Assembly: GCA_028534125.1 (NCBI GenBank)
Contig: CM052818.1
Location: 15,316,001 to 15,380,000, forward strand
Reading direction: 5' to 3'
DNA: 64,000 nucleotides
Origin: Lama glama
Taxonomy: Eukaryota
Of the stretch, positions 13,267 to 23,664 are shown one piece after another. Every line of letters begins with the position of its first letter. Within the stretch, counting starts at the first letter, position 1. The position numbers were made by a program, and so were the translations under genes. Under the pieces are notes generated by a model that saw only the letters and a list, made by a program, of their open reading frames with translations, was not told the DNA's origin and made no database searches.

Positions 13267-14289
13267 AGCTGGGTATAACAGTTATGAACAGGTTCATCAG
13301 ATTTCTGTGTATGGGCCTGAATTTTGTTTTAATCAACAGGCTTTGGAAAAGCCCTAGGAATTAACTTGATGACGTTGCATAGCAATTGCTTGAGCCTGAT
13401 TGTATCATAAGTGAGTCTGCTGGTCTCCCAGTTGTAATTCTAGAGAACTTTCAGGATTTCCCCAGCTAGCGGGTTTCATACAATGTCGAGCCTGAGCTAC
13501 ACTGACAAGCCTATAAACTAGCTGACACAAGTCAGAGAAGTCAGCTTGACAAGTTTGAGTGGCTATGTTAAACTCCTCAGCAAGCCTGTTAGGATCACTG
13601 GTGAATTTGGGGAAATCTTTGACTGTGGCTCACAGTTTACCTTTAGTTCAGGGAATATAAAAAATTAGGATTTAGCCTCTGGATCCTCAGAAGGCTTAGT
13701 TTTAAAGGGACAGGTTCTGACACGTTCAGAGGAAAAGGGTGTGGGGAGAGTCTCAGAGAAAAGGGAGAGTTCAGTGAGAATTAGCATGGGGGACCTCCGG
13801 GTTTGGAGGAGGTGCAGGTGGTCTAGAAGGGGAGGAGGAAGATGGTACTGGAGGCCAGGTCTACCCACGAGAGGCCGAGGGAGAGAGACAAGATGGCACT
13901 GAAGGTGGAACCTGAGACAGAGAAGCCAAGGAAGAAGAGCCTGAGGCTTCAGGAGCCATTTCATTTTCCTTTGTTTACCTCAGTTAATCTTAAGATCTTA
14001 TTTTGCAGAGAGGCAGTTTTAAGCCCCCCGATAATTCGTAAGCCTCAAAACACTGATTGAAATAGGCATACCATTCAGTGATGGAAAATTTTGAGCTATT
14101 GTAATTCAATTTGGTTTTAAGAAAATTAAGTTTGGGGATTTCAGAAGTTCCCCATAATGACCATTGATAACCTAAATTGCCCTTTTAGTTAGAAATGCAC
14201 ATGAGGCATGAGCATGGGTTTTAAACACAAAATCAGCCAGAATCCTGTGGGCGGGTGCCCTCAAAATATGTAGATAACTGGGATTCCAT
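13265..14289 (-). pseudogene. gag: Decayed, 3'-truncated retroviral gag (MA, p12-like, CA up to major homology region)
   Basis: ATG at 14289 (MESQLS). MA-like motif QWSLWGTSEIPKLNFLKTKLN, Pro/Ser-rich segment at 13790-13960, CA-like sequence, and MHR-like KIQAHTQKSDEPVHNCYTQL ending at the ~13266 junction. Confidence 0.85.
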
Positions 14290-14689
14290 TTCTCAGAGGT
14301 TTTCCTCTAGAGTAAAAGAACAGTTTTCATTCAGCTTAAAGAGCTCTTAGCTCAAATAGCTCAATTCAAACAGCTTGCAACTCAAATAGCCTGTAAGCTA
14401 ATACCAGCCAGTCCTAAGGAGACAGCCTGGTCCCAGAGGAGCCAGGCCAGAGGCTTTTCAGCTAGTTTCTGCAGAGCAGCCTCTATTCCAAAGGAATGGG
14501 CTGAAGGCTGAAAAAAACAGTAGTTTCAGTGAAGCAGCTCCTGTTGCCGAAGGAGTGGGCTAAAGGTGTCTCAGCTAGCCTTGGTGGAAACGGTCAGATC
14601 TCAAAATCAGATCAAAGTGCCAAAGGAGTACTTGCACAGAGAACAAGGCCTTAACCACAAAGAATGAAATCTTATAGACAGATCCTCAA

Positions 14690-15340
14690 TTTCAACTGTT
14701 ACACCATTTCTAGAAGCTCTTCCACATTTTTTTCTCAAGTTCACTAGTCATCGTTTTAGTCTTTTGATATTGTTTAAATTTCTTCATTTTAAAAGCATAC
14801 TAATTATATTTATTTCATATTCTGTGTTTGATGATTATAATATTAGATAAATTTTGTGTCAGAGTCTACAGTCATTTCTGTTGACCTCCACTCATGGTGC
14901 CTTGTTTCCTTGCAAGTTTTATGATTTTTGACTTTGATCTCATGTTTCTTAGGGCTTTATCTGAAAATCTTTTCAGGTTTGCTTGGGAGGTGGGATTCTA
15001 TAAAGAAGACTGACACCATCTCTGACTCTGCGACCACTTTAAATTAAAGTGGCATGAAATCAGGCTGGGAATCCATGGGGAGACGACTTTGAGGTTAAAA
15101 AAAAATCCTCAATGTCAGATTTCTTTTGGATTTTCCTTAAACTCTCCTGGTAGAGCATTTAATTTCTACTCAATACTGAAAGGTAGCCCTTTGTTGCCCC
15201 AGATTTTGGGGAGGTTTCACTCCATTAAATTTCCTGTTTGGTCAGGCCCTGGGCTTTGTCTAGTGTCCTTGTTTTCTGTGAGACATTGGAAACCCAAGTT
15301 CACTGAATTTGACTGATGTCCTCAAGACAAAGACGAACTT
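14690..15340 (-). mobile_element. Ancient L1ME/HAL1 5'/ORF1-region fragment
   Basis: ACTCATGGTGCCTTGTTTCCTTG...TTTTTGACTTTGATCTCATGTTTC is characteristic of the antisense L1ME/HAL1 5' region; T-rich. Confidence 0.55.
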
Positions 15341-15526
15341 TCATGAGGAAAAGCTTTTCAAACTGTGTTAATCTGGCCTTCTTCCCCGTCAAGTGGGTCA
15401 GGGTATCTGGTCAGCCTTGCTACGTAAAACAGAATCCTCCGCATATAGCTTCACCAATGTGATTGTGAAGTTAATTTTTATTGGGCTGCACTCAGTTATA
15501 GACACACAAAAAACATCTCTCATGAG

Positions 15527-15661
15527 TAGGGTGACCATTAACTTGTTACCCTAACTGGGACACCTCTGAGGGTGAAGTAAGCCACAATTAATAATTACGG
15601 GAAGACCATGGCCACAATATGGGACTATCTAGGCAACCAGAACACAATGTCCTTCTCCTTA
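15527..15661. mobile_element. MER94-like hAT-Blackjack MITE
   Basis: Starts TAGGGTGACCA, contains CTGGGACAC...ATTAATAATTACG...GGGACTATC, and is ~135 bp long. Confidence 0.75.
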
Positions 15662-15774
15662 TGGGTAGAGTCAACTCACAAGATCCCGGGTAAACCGATT
15701 TTCTCAACTGTTTGATTTAATGCAGAATCTGTAGGTGTGAACTGCCTGAAGAGATGGGAGGTCGTCCAGTGGAG

Positions 15775-16000
15775 GTGATAGGATGTAATTAATCTAGAGC
15801 TATATGTGGTTTAAATCCTAATTTTACTATGTGCTTGTTTGTCCTTGAGTGAATTACTTAACGTTTCTAAGGTTTAATTCTCATGGACATCAGGTGTATA
15901 ATAGGGGAGTAAAAAGCCATCTCACAACGTTGTGGTGAGGACTGTGTAACGTGTCTGACAGGGCTTCGCACACGCTCAATAGTAGTAGCTGGTATTACTG
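15775..16000 (+). mobile_element. MIR SINE
   Basis: GGTTTAAATCCTA...GTCCTTGAGTGAATTACTTAAC...CTCACAACGTTGTGGTGAGGA...GCTCAATAG. Confidence 0.7.
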
Positions 16001-17748
16001 GAAGCATGAAGTTTGTACAAGAGAAGGCTTGGGGACTCAGTATTCAACAGTGTACTTTCAGATCTTTCGGGTAATGCAGGGCAACAGACTCAGGAACTTG
16101 CCTAAGACATAATTAAGAAAGAAGATGAAATTGTTGAAGGTGAGGCTTGTGATCAGTACCATCAGTTAATGTGTGGGAGTAATTATAAAAGTTCTTGATT
16201 CCTGTAGTAAAAGCTGCCCATTTATAAGAAGTCATCTCTTTCTGTAGATTGTTGCTTTATAAGCGACTGCCAGCCCCCAGAAGGCAGTTTAGAGTCTTGA
16301 GGCAGCAGAGTTTGCAGTTTAAAAAAATGGTGCCCTCACCAAACTGTTAATCTAATTCGTAAAATTTACATATCTGTTCCCTGAATCCTGAATATTCATT
16401 ACCTTTTGTAGACTTAGATGAAGCAAGTGCTTTGAGAAACTTATTGTTGCACAAATTTAGCCCCCTTGGATTTTCAAGGTTTTTTTTTTTTTTTTTAATC
16501 TTTTTACTTCAGGATAGAATAAAAGCATATGAATTTCAGGTAGAGGCTAACACTAAGCCATTCAATATGTCTCAAAGCAGTAATTTGATACATTAAATCA
16601 GAATCTGCAGTAAAGTGTTTAAGCATTTGAGAATTTATACTGCTGTTATTGTTCGGCGACTTAAAGCCCCCCCCTTTTTTTTCAGGGAAATATGTATTGT
16701 ACCAACACTATCAAAAACACAGTAATAAATGTAAAATGAATTTATTCACTAATAGATTAACATAATAATATTCTAAAATAATATTTGCAGCCTTTGTATA
16801 CACCCATATGTAATCTTTAGATGAGGTAATTATAGGGTAGACACGGTTTTGTATTTCATACTGCAACACAGTGTAATTTTTAATTACTCTGTGGCCCTTT
16901 CTCTATTGTGAAAAGAGCCCTATCAATAAAAGTATCTCATCTTGACCACCAGAAGATGTCATCTGCCATTTCAGGGACCAACTAGATTTTCAACAACTAC
17001 CCCGCATTGAAACAGAAATGACTGAGACTAATCCCATAAATCTCGGTAAAATAAAACTGGAAATCTCCCTCTTATACACACACAAATGACAAAACAAAGC
17101 AGTGCTAAATGGCTCTCCCAAGGAACAAAAGTACCAACTTTGCAACACAGTGTATTCTGCATACATAATACACTTCTAGGCATCTCTGTTGCAGAAATCA
17201 GGAAAAAAACCCCTCACTTTATCTTTTTTTTTTTTTTAAACAATCAGCTGGTTCCTAGGATCTTGATTGAGTAGTAATGTGATTCAGAGTTACAACAGGG
17301 GAGGAGAAATGGCTTGCCTTTCCCATCTAGTTTCTTATCCCAACTGGCAGAAATGAATGCCAGATGCATCTAGGAAAGGCTTTAAACCCCGTCAGCACAC
17401 CCAGTTGTCCAATCCTACACAGCAGTAATAGCTGGGGTATGTAGTGATTATAATAAAAAGAAAAGAACAAGCTAGTAATCTCTGTGTGAGACCCAAGGCT
17501 GAGAAACTGCTCTTCTCAGTAATGACCCCTCTGAGTCGCAGCAGCTGAGAGCAAACCCAGTGCATGCTGTTGCCACATCTCTCCATCGCTTCCTGTTTCA
17601 ATATCTGAGGATTTTGCCCTTATGATTTTAGCAACTTTTGACCTCTCAAGTACATCGTTCAAATTTGTACTATGAGGCTGTTCCACATTTCTGGGATCCC
17701 TCATCAGCTACTTGACTCTGGAATACCCAGTGGGTACGGTAAAGCCCT

Positions 17749-18297
17749 TGTTGCCAAAATGTTGTTGGCATCTGTGCACTAGTATCAAGTTGAGTCTCAG
17801 AGACAGATTTTGGGTGAAGTAGAAAAGAAACAGCTTTAATTGCTTTGTCAGAAAAAGGGGACCACAGTAGGCTAGTGCCTTTAGAACTGTGTGTCCACCA
17901 GGGGTGGGGTGTAGAGAAGTTTTATCGGAAGGGTCTGGGGTGCAGGACAGGTGATAAGGATCAGGGTGTGCAGGTCTTGCATTCCTCTTGTTCCAGAAAT
18001 CCACCCAGACACAATTGCATCTGGTATCATGGAAATCTCATGGTGGGTTTGTGGGTTTTTGCAGCTCAGGTGGTTATCAGAATATGACCTTCTTCCTAGA
18101 ACAAAGGAGGCTCAGGGTGGGGGGAGTGAGAGTGAGTGTAAGGGGCTGTTTAGCACAAAGGCAGTTGAGCAAGTTAAACAGAGATGGGGGTTTATCTGAG
18201 AAAAAAACAAGCTGCAAGAACTCCAAGTCAGAGTGAATCAGCAAACAGCTTTAGCATTAGGGAAGCCATTTTGGAACAGAGATAGCTTACTGCTTCA
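17749..18297 (-). mobile_element. Solo ERV1 LTR (cetartiodactyl type) with perfect 4-bp TSD
   Basis: TG...CA termini at 17749 and 18297, flanked by CCCT (17745-17748) and CCCT (18298-18301). Internal GAAGTAGAAAAGAAACAGCTTTAATTGCTTTG is the reverse of an R region with ATTAAA. A 4-bp TSD is typical of class I ERVs. Confidence 0.9.
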
Positions 18298-18547
18298 CCC
18301 TCACGTTAATTATTATGCCTTGCATATAAAGGTCCCCTTTTACTGGCTTTAAATTTAATATCATCTCTTATTCTTCTCATACAGAGACAAACAACTAGGA
18401 AAAAATCTTAATAAATGTCTTATCTATTGGGGATGAATTTCTTCATGTCACCAACTGTTTAGTTTTTATTGTTAAACAACCATGAATTGTATTTAGTAAA
18501 TCATTTATTTCCTTATCTGCTTGAAAGCAATGCATTTCTCTAACGGG

Positions 18548-18872
18548 TATCTATTACTACATAGCAAACTGCCCGAGAACTTAGAAGGTTAAAACAGTGA
18601 TGTCCCTGGAGGTTGGTGGTTTAGGCTGGACTCAGCTGGCAGCTCTTTTCTGGATTTCATTTGCTGTGCCCAGCTGGTCTGACTTGTGACTCTGGGTTCA
18701 GCTCTTGGGGAGCTGTGGTAAGCTGGCTTGTGAGGCTCAGCTTGGGTGGCTGGGGTGACCGGGACTCTGTCCATGTGCTGTCATTCTCCACCAGGCTCGT
18801 TTGTGTGGTGACCACCTTGCAAGAATGAGAGAGTAGAAATGGGAGAGAAGAAGCTATGCATTCTCTTGAGGC
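18548..18872 (-). mobile_element. MaLR LTR (MLT1F/G-like), truncated by the adjacent LTR
   Basis: TATCTATTACTACATAGCAAACTGCCC...AACTTAG..GGTTAAAACA...GGCTGGACTCAGCTGG is the reverse of an MLT1 3' end. Confidence 0.7.
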
Positions 18873-19275
18873 TGAAGGGACCCAAACCCCCAAAACGGTA
18901 TAAACATTACTTTAAACTGAAGATGTCTAAGATACAGCAGATACAGAGAGAAGCCTTGGCTGAGCTTTGCTTATCTGATTAAAGGCAGAGCTTTCTGAGA
19001 ATGAAACTGCTATAAATCCCCTCTCTGAGGGAGCTTCCAACTGGGACCATTAGCAAGGATGAGAAATTCTTAGGTAAACTTTCTCAGAAGCTTCCATGTC
19101 TTCTATTTTTTTCCCCCCTAGAAGCCTGTGTGTTTTCCAGAAAAGCCCTGTCTCTCCCTTCTTCCCTGTTAAGCTGGCATATAAACCTTTACTCCTAGTG
19201 GTTTGGTGATCCAGTCCCTATGGGTTGATCCCACATACCTGCAAATTAAATTTATATGTTTCTCCTTTGTCTAAA
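18873..19275 (+). mobile_element. MER34/MER90-like ERV1 LTR, 3'-truncated
   Basis: Starts TGAAGGGACCCAAACCCCCAAAA...TTACTTTAAACTGAAG...CAGCAGATACAGAGAGAAGC. TATA-like CATATAAA at ~19178 and ATTAAA at ~19245, then it stops abruptly. Confidence 0.7.
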
Positions 19276-20450
19276 CCTTTATCATTTATGTGGTATTCTG
19301 CTACCTATATCTGTACCTTTGCTTTGGTCTTACAGTTACAATTAAATGTTGTAAGTGTTCTCCACAGTTGTTTTGTGGGAAGTGCCCCCAGTAATATTGT
19401 GGTTAGGGGAAGCTTGTTCCAAGAAGTTCCTCAGGAAGGATTTATGAATACAATTTTCTCTGAGTTATTGTATGTTTAATGAGTTGTCTTTAATTTTGAC
19501 CGTTGAACAATAGTTTGGTGTGATACAAAATCACTGGCTCACAGCCCCTTTCCTTGAGTTTCTTGAAGATGTTGTTACATTACAGTCTTTTAAAAATATG
19601 TTGCTGACAGCATACTTTTAAAAATTTATAGTGATANNNNNNNNNNNNNNNNNNNNNNNNNNNNNNNNNNNNNNNNNNNNNNNNNNNNNNNNNNNNNNNN
19701 NNNNNNNNNNNNNNNNNNNNNNNNNNNNNNNNNNNNNNNNNNNNNNNNNNNNNNNNNNNNNNNNNNNNNNNNNNNNNNNNNNNNNNNNNNNNNNNNNNNN
19801 NNNNNNNNNNNNNNNNNNNNNNNNNNNNNNNNNNNNNNNNNNNNNNNNNNNNNNNNNNNNNNNNNNNNNNNNNNNNNNNNNNNNNNNNNNNNNNNNNNNN
19901 NNNNNNNNNNNNNNNNNNNNNNNNNNNNNNNNNNNNNNNNNNNNNNNNNNNNNNNNNNNNNNNNNNNNNNNNNNNNNNNNNNNNNNNNNNNNNNNNNNNN
20001 NNNNNNNNNNNNNNNNNNNNNNNNNNNNNNNNNNNNNNNNNNNNNNNNNNNNNNNNNNNNNNNNNNNNNNNNNNNNNNNNNNNNNNNNNNNNNNNNNNNN
20101 NNNNNNNNNNNNNNNNNNNNNNNNNNNNNNNNNNNNTCTTATCTCTTGCAAACAACTGTGCCCATCCAGGGGTGAAGTCAAAGGCTTTTTGATAAAAATG
20201 CCAATGATTTCCATGATAAAATAAGCTTAGCCAATCATTGAGTTTATCCTGTGAATTTTATTTTCAAATCAAATCTAAGATCAGTGTTGATTGTCATTCA
20301 TGGAGTATTTCATTACCTCAAAAGTCTTGATGCTTATTTGTTTTTTCTTATGTTAATCATGCATGGATGTTAGATTTTTTTTTTTTGTTTTGCTCCTTAA
20401 ACAGGGTGTTGTCTTTTCCAGGACCAGCAATAACAGTTAGTTCTATGGTA
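19276..20450 (-). mobile_element. Ancient L1/HAL1 ORF1-region fragment spanning the gap
   Basis: AATAGTTTGGTGTGATACAAAATCACTGGCTCACAG...TTTCCTTGAGTTTCTTGAAGATGTTG is an antisense L1 ORF1 motif. Continuity to the right of the gap is uncertain. Confidence 0.5.
19637..20136. other. Assembly gap (500 N)
   Basis: Run of exactly 500 N. Confidence 1.
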
Positions 20451-20503
20451 AGTGGTTAAGGGTTTGGGTTTACTTTGTTTCTTAGTTCAAGTTACCTCTT
20501 AGT

Positions 20504-21052
20504 TGTGTTCCAAATACTATGGCTGTAGAACCAATCACCCCCAAATTTAGTGACTTAAAACAATGACACATTCATTTTACTTATGACACTGTAATCTATG
20601 CAAGGCTCAGTGGGGATAGCTCATTTCTGCTTTACTTTATGTCAGTTGGGGCAGCTCAAAAGCTATGGGCTGGAATCATCTAAAGTCTTGCTCAGTCACA
20701 TGTCTAGTGTTGGAGACAACTATTTCCTGGGATCTCAGATCTTCCGCATGAGGGTCTCTTGGTGTGGTCTCTCTGCGTGAGCTAGTTTGGACTTCCTCAG
20801 AGAATGGTGCATGGGTTCCAAAGACAAGCGTCCTCAATGCAAAAGACATGTAGAAATCAAATAATCTTTTATGATCTAGCCTTAGAAGTCATGCAGCATT
20901 ATATACAACACATTTTTTTCACATGAGGCATTAAAAAGTCCTAATCAGGTTTAAGGAGAGGAAAAATGGCTACACCTCTTGATGGGGAATGGCTAGGTTC
21001 TAGAAAATCATGTGAGACTAGAAATATTGCTATGGCCATTTTGGGGAAGTGC
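20504..21052 (-). mobile_element. MaLR LTR (MLT1E/F-like)
   Basis: CACCCCCAAATTTAGTGACTTAAAACAA...GGAATCATCT...TTTTATGATCTAGCCTTAGAAGTCA...ATATTGCTATGGCCATTTTGGG. Confidence 0.85.
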
Positions 21053-22703
21053 AGGAGAGAAGACCATGTGGAATTCAGAGAGCAAAGGCAAAAGGTGAGA
21101 AGCTGGGCATGTGATGAACTGGCACTCTAAATGAATGAGAAGTTATGGAAGTGCCGTCTCAGTGAGAATGTATGTCAGGAAACCGTGAAAAACAGCAAGA
21201 AAAGAGTGAGGGAAATGAGAGATTCTGGAATAAATTTTATAAATATTTGATGTTGTTCCAGTGTTTATTTATTTTTTTTTTTGAGCAACCACTTTACCAT
21301 GTGAAAACTTGTCATGCTAGTAATTTCTTCTAAAAGGAATTAACCAGTTTGGACAGAATCACAGATTGGCTTAGAATACAGAATAATATTTCTGAAACTC
21401 TTCCCATCCACAGACTACATAATGGTCATAATGTATATTTTAATATATAGCCAAATCACCAATTTTAGATAAATTAAAAAACAAATTTACAGCAATAAAA
21501 GTATAAGCATATTTATAAAATTTAAATAACTTTAATTTATTCAGTTACTGGGATGATATCATTTTAGTCTTTGAATAATGTTTATATTATTAAGTTACAA
21601 CTACCTGAAGCCATGTATCACATCTCATATCCACATGGCCTCTTCTCTTCCTTTATGCTTCTACAACAGAAAATAACAACTATTACAGATCATTAAAAAA
21701 GGCAACTATCATATTTGGATGGAATATAAATCTAGAAATTATGAGGAGGTCTTTCAGCAAAGATTTCAGATTTTGGTTAAATGCTCAAATGAGCATACCA
21801 CCCTTGAGAGCAGAAAAATTGCATGTTTCGTAGAATAAATGGTGAATGATATTCAGCTTTGGTTTCATTCAGCTTTGGAAAATTTCAGTCTTTTGAAATG
21901 TTTGATTTTACTTAAAAATATATCCAATAATGTACTATCATTTACTTTCCTCAATGGGTGAAGAATATCAAGTGTTAGGAAAGAATAAAATTCTCTCTGA
22001 GTCATTCATATCACAGTTTGGCCTTAAGACAGTCTGGTATCTTATTCTCAATGTATAAAAAATCATATTTCAGAACTCCTTGATTCAAGTTTCTGAGTAT
22101 TCTGAACTCAGTATTGACGTATTCTACTTAACCAAGTCACATAAAATAATAGAAAAATAATAGAATTATTCTTTATCTAGTTATCAATGTCATGAAGAAA
22201 TACTATCCTCTATTTAAAAACTCATGAGTACCTTTCCACTCAACAGTCAGCATAATCCAGTGTTTAATCGTCAGAGTTGAGTATTCATGCTCATTTTTTT
22301 CCCCAGAGCCCATGGAAATGTCGTATGCTTGGTGACTTCAATTTGATTATATGTGTTTCTGTGCTATTTCCTTTAACACTCACTGAATTAAGACCAGTTG
22401 ACCAAAAATTGTCCTTTGACAGGGCCATGTGTGAAGTGACATTCAGGAGAAATTATTTATTCCCTAGTAACGTTCTTCCTTGCTGTATACATAACAGTGT
22501 GTCTTTCTTGAGTCTGTATTCCAACTCAAGGATTTTTAGCATTAAATCAAAAAGTTACTGGCACATCTTCCATGTGTATGAATTACATTTATGTCAATAA
22601 CAGATTCTGACTCTGAACACCAGTGGTTTTGTCCAACTCTAAATTCGAATGTCTAATGGTACACCCATGTAATAGTCAGTTTGCTCTCACATTATATATA
22701 TTT

Positions 22704-23187
22704 TGTATTAATTTCCAATGACTACTGTAACATACTACCACAAACTTAAAACAACACAATTCATTCTCTTATTTACTCTTAAAACACACATTTATTCTCT
22801 TCAAAATCAACTTCAGGTTGAAATCAGTTTGTTGGCAAAGAGTTTGCACCCTCCAGGGATTCCCTGAAAGAATCCATTTTCTTGCCTTTCCAGCTTCCAG
22901 AACTATATTCCTCGGTTTGTGCCTCTTTCCATCATTTTCAAAGCCAGCAGTATAGCATTTTCCTTTCACATCACATTGTTGTCTTCTGTGTCAAATCTCC
23001 CTCTGACTCTCCCTTGTAAGAGAACACTTGTGATTACATTAGGGACCACCCAGATAATCTAGGACAATCTCCCAGCTCAGGATCCTTCATTAGTCATATC
23101 TGCAAGTTCTGTTTTGTTATTATACAATAACAGATTCCAGAGATTAGGACCTGAAGATGTTTGAGGGCCATTATTCAGCCTCCCACA
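22704..23187 (-). mobile_element. MaLR LTR (MLT1C/D-like), full length
   Basis: TGTATTAATTTCC...GGGCCATTATTCAGCCTCCCACA with TG/CA termini and a near-perfect 5-bp TSD TATTT/TGTTT. Confidence 0.9.
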
Positions 23188-23519
23188 TGTTTATAATTAT
23201 GGGATATCTTACTCAATTATTTGATAACACCAATGTTCTACTTTTTTTTTTCTCCACACTTAATACTTACCCACTAACTTTTGGACTGTTCTTAAAAAGC
23301 TTCTTGGAAATCACACAACTGGTACCTGTTTTAACTCCAAGAAGCACATCTTTGAGTAATATCTCCAGAGTTTTGGTGTATTTTTTGACTTACCTCATTT
23401 TTGACTTCTTATCAGAGAGCCTTTTTGTAGTAATCATCTGTTGCTTTTAGCTAAAGCACTCCCTCTTTCCTGGTCGCCCCTTTGGAATTCTTCCACTTGA
23501 TAATGGACTTTAGAGTAGA

Positions 23520-23645
23520 TAGTGTCCCACCTTCCTCCAAGAAACTGAAAGGGGTCAGATATTCTTAAACAGCATCCTAGCACACCCAGGACTAGGCACA
23601 TGACTTAGGTCAACCAATCAGGTGCTGCCTCTTGGGACTGCATTT
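23520..23645 (+). mobile_element. Old ERVL/MaLR LTR fragment (LTR16/LTR33-like)
   Basis: GGCACATGACTTAGGTCAACCAATCAG motif. Confidence 0.45.
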
Positions 23646-23664
23646 TTAGTGAACCATATTCTCT

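Larger units (their letters stand above)
10813..14680 (-). mobile_element. Defective class I (ERV1, gamma-like) endogenous retrovirus: leader-gag(delta)-RNaseH/IN-3'LTR
   Basis: Order on the minus strand: leader, gag (MA, Pro-rich region, CA to MHR), RNase H, integrase, ~350 bp spacer with no env, degenerate PPT, LTR. Many frameshifts and stops. No 5' LTR or PBS visible. Confidence 0.92.

Noticed and set aside
11490..14289. Domesticated gag or integrase gene
   Set aside because: Numerous stops and frameshifts and altered catalytic motifs (for example TEGS for TDGS) indicate neutral decay.
14404..14610. CRISPR-like repeat-spacer array
   Set aside because: The units are degenerate tandem repeats without unique spacers, inside a retroviral leader in mammalian DNA with no cas genes.
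17516..17748. Minus-strand 62-aa ORF as a processed pseudogene coding remnant
   Set aside because: Peptide not recognised. There are in-frame stops just upstream and beyond the LTR insertion, so there is no support for a coding parent.
19580..20224. ORFs of 191-198 aa in the ORF track
   Set aside because: They consist almost entirely of X from the 500-N gap and are artefacts.
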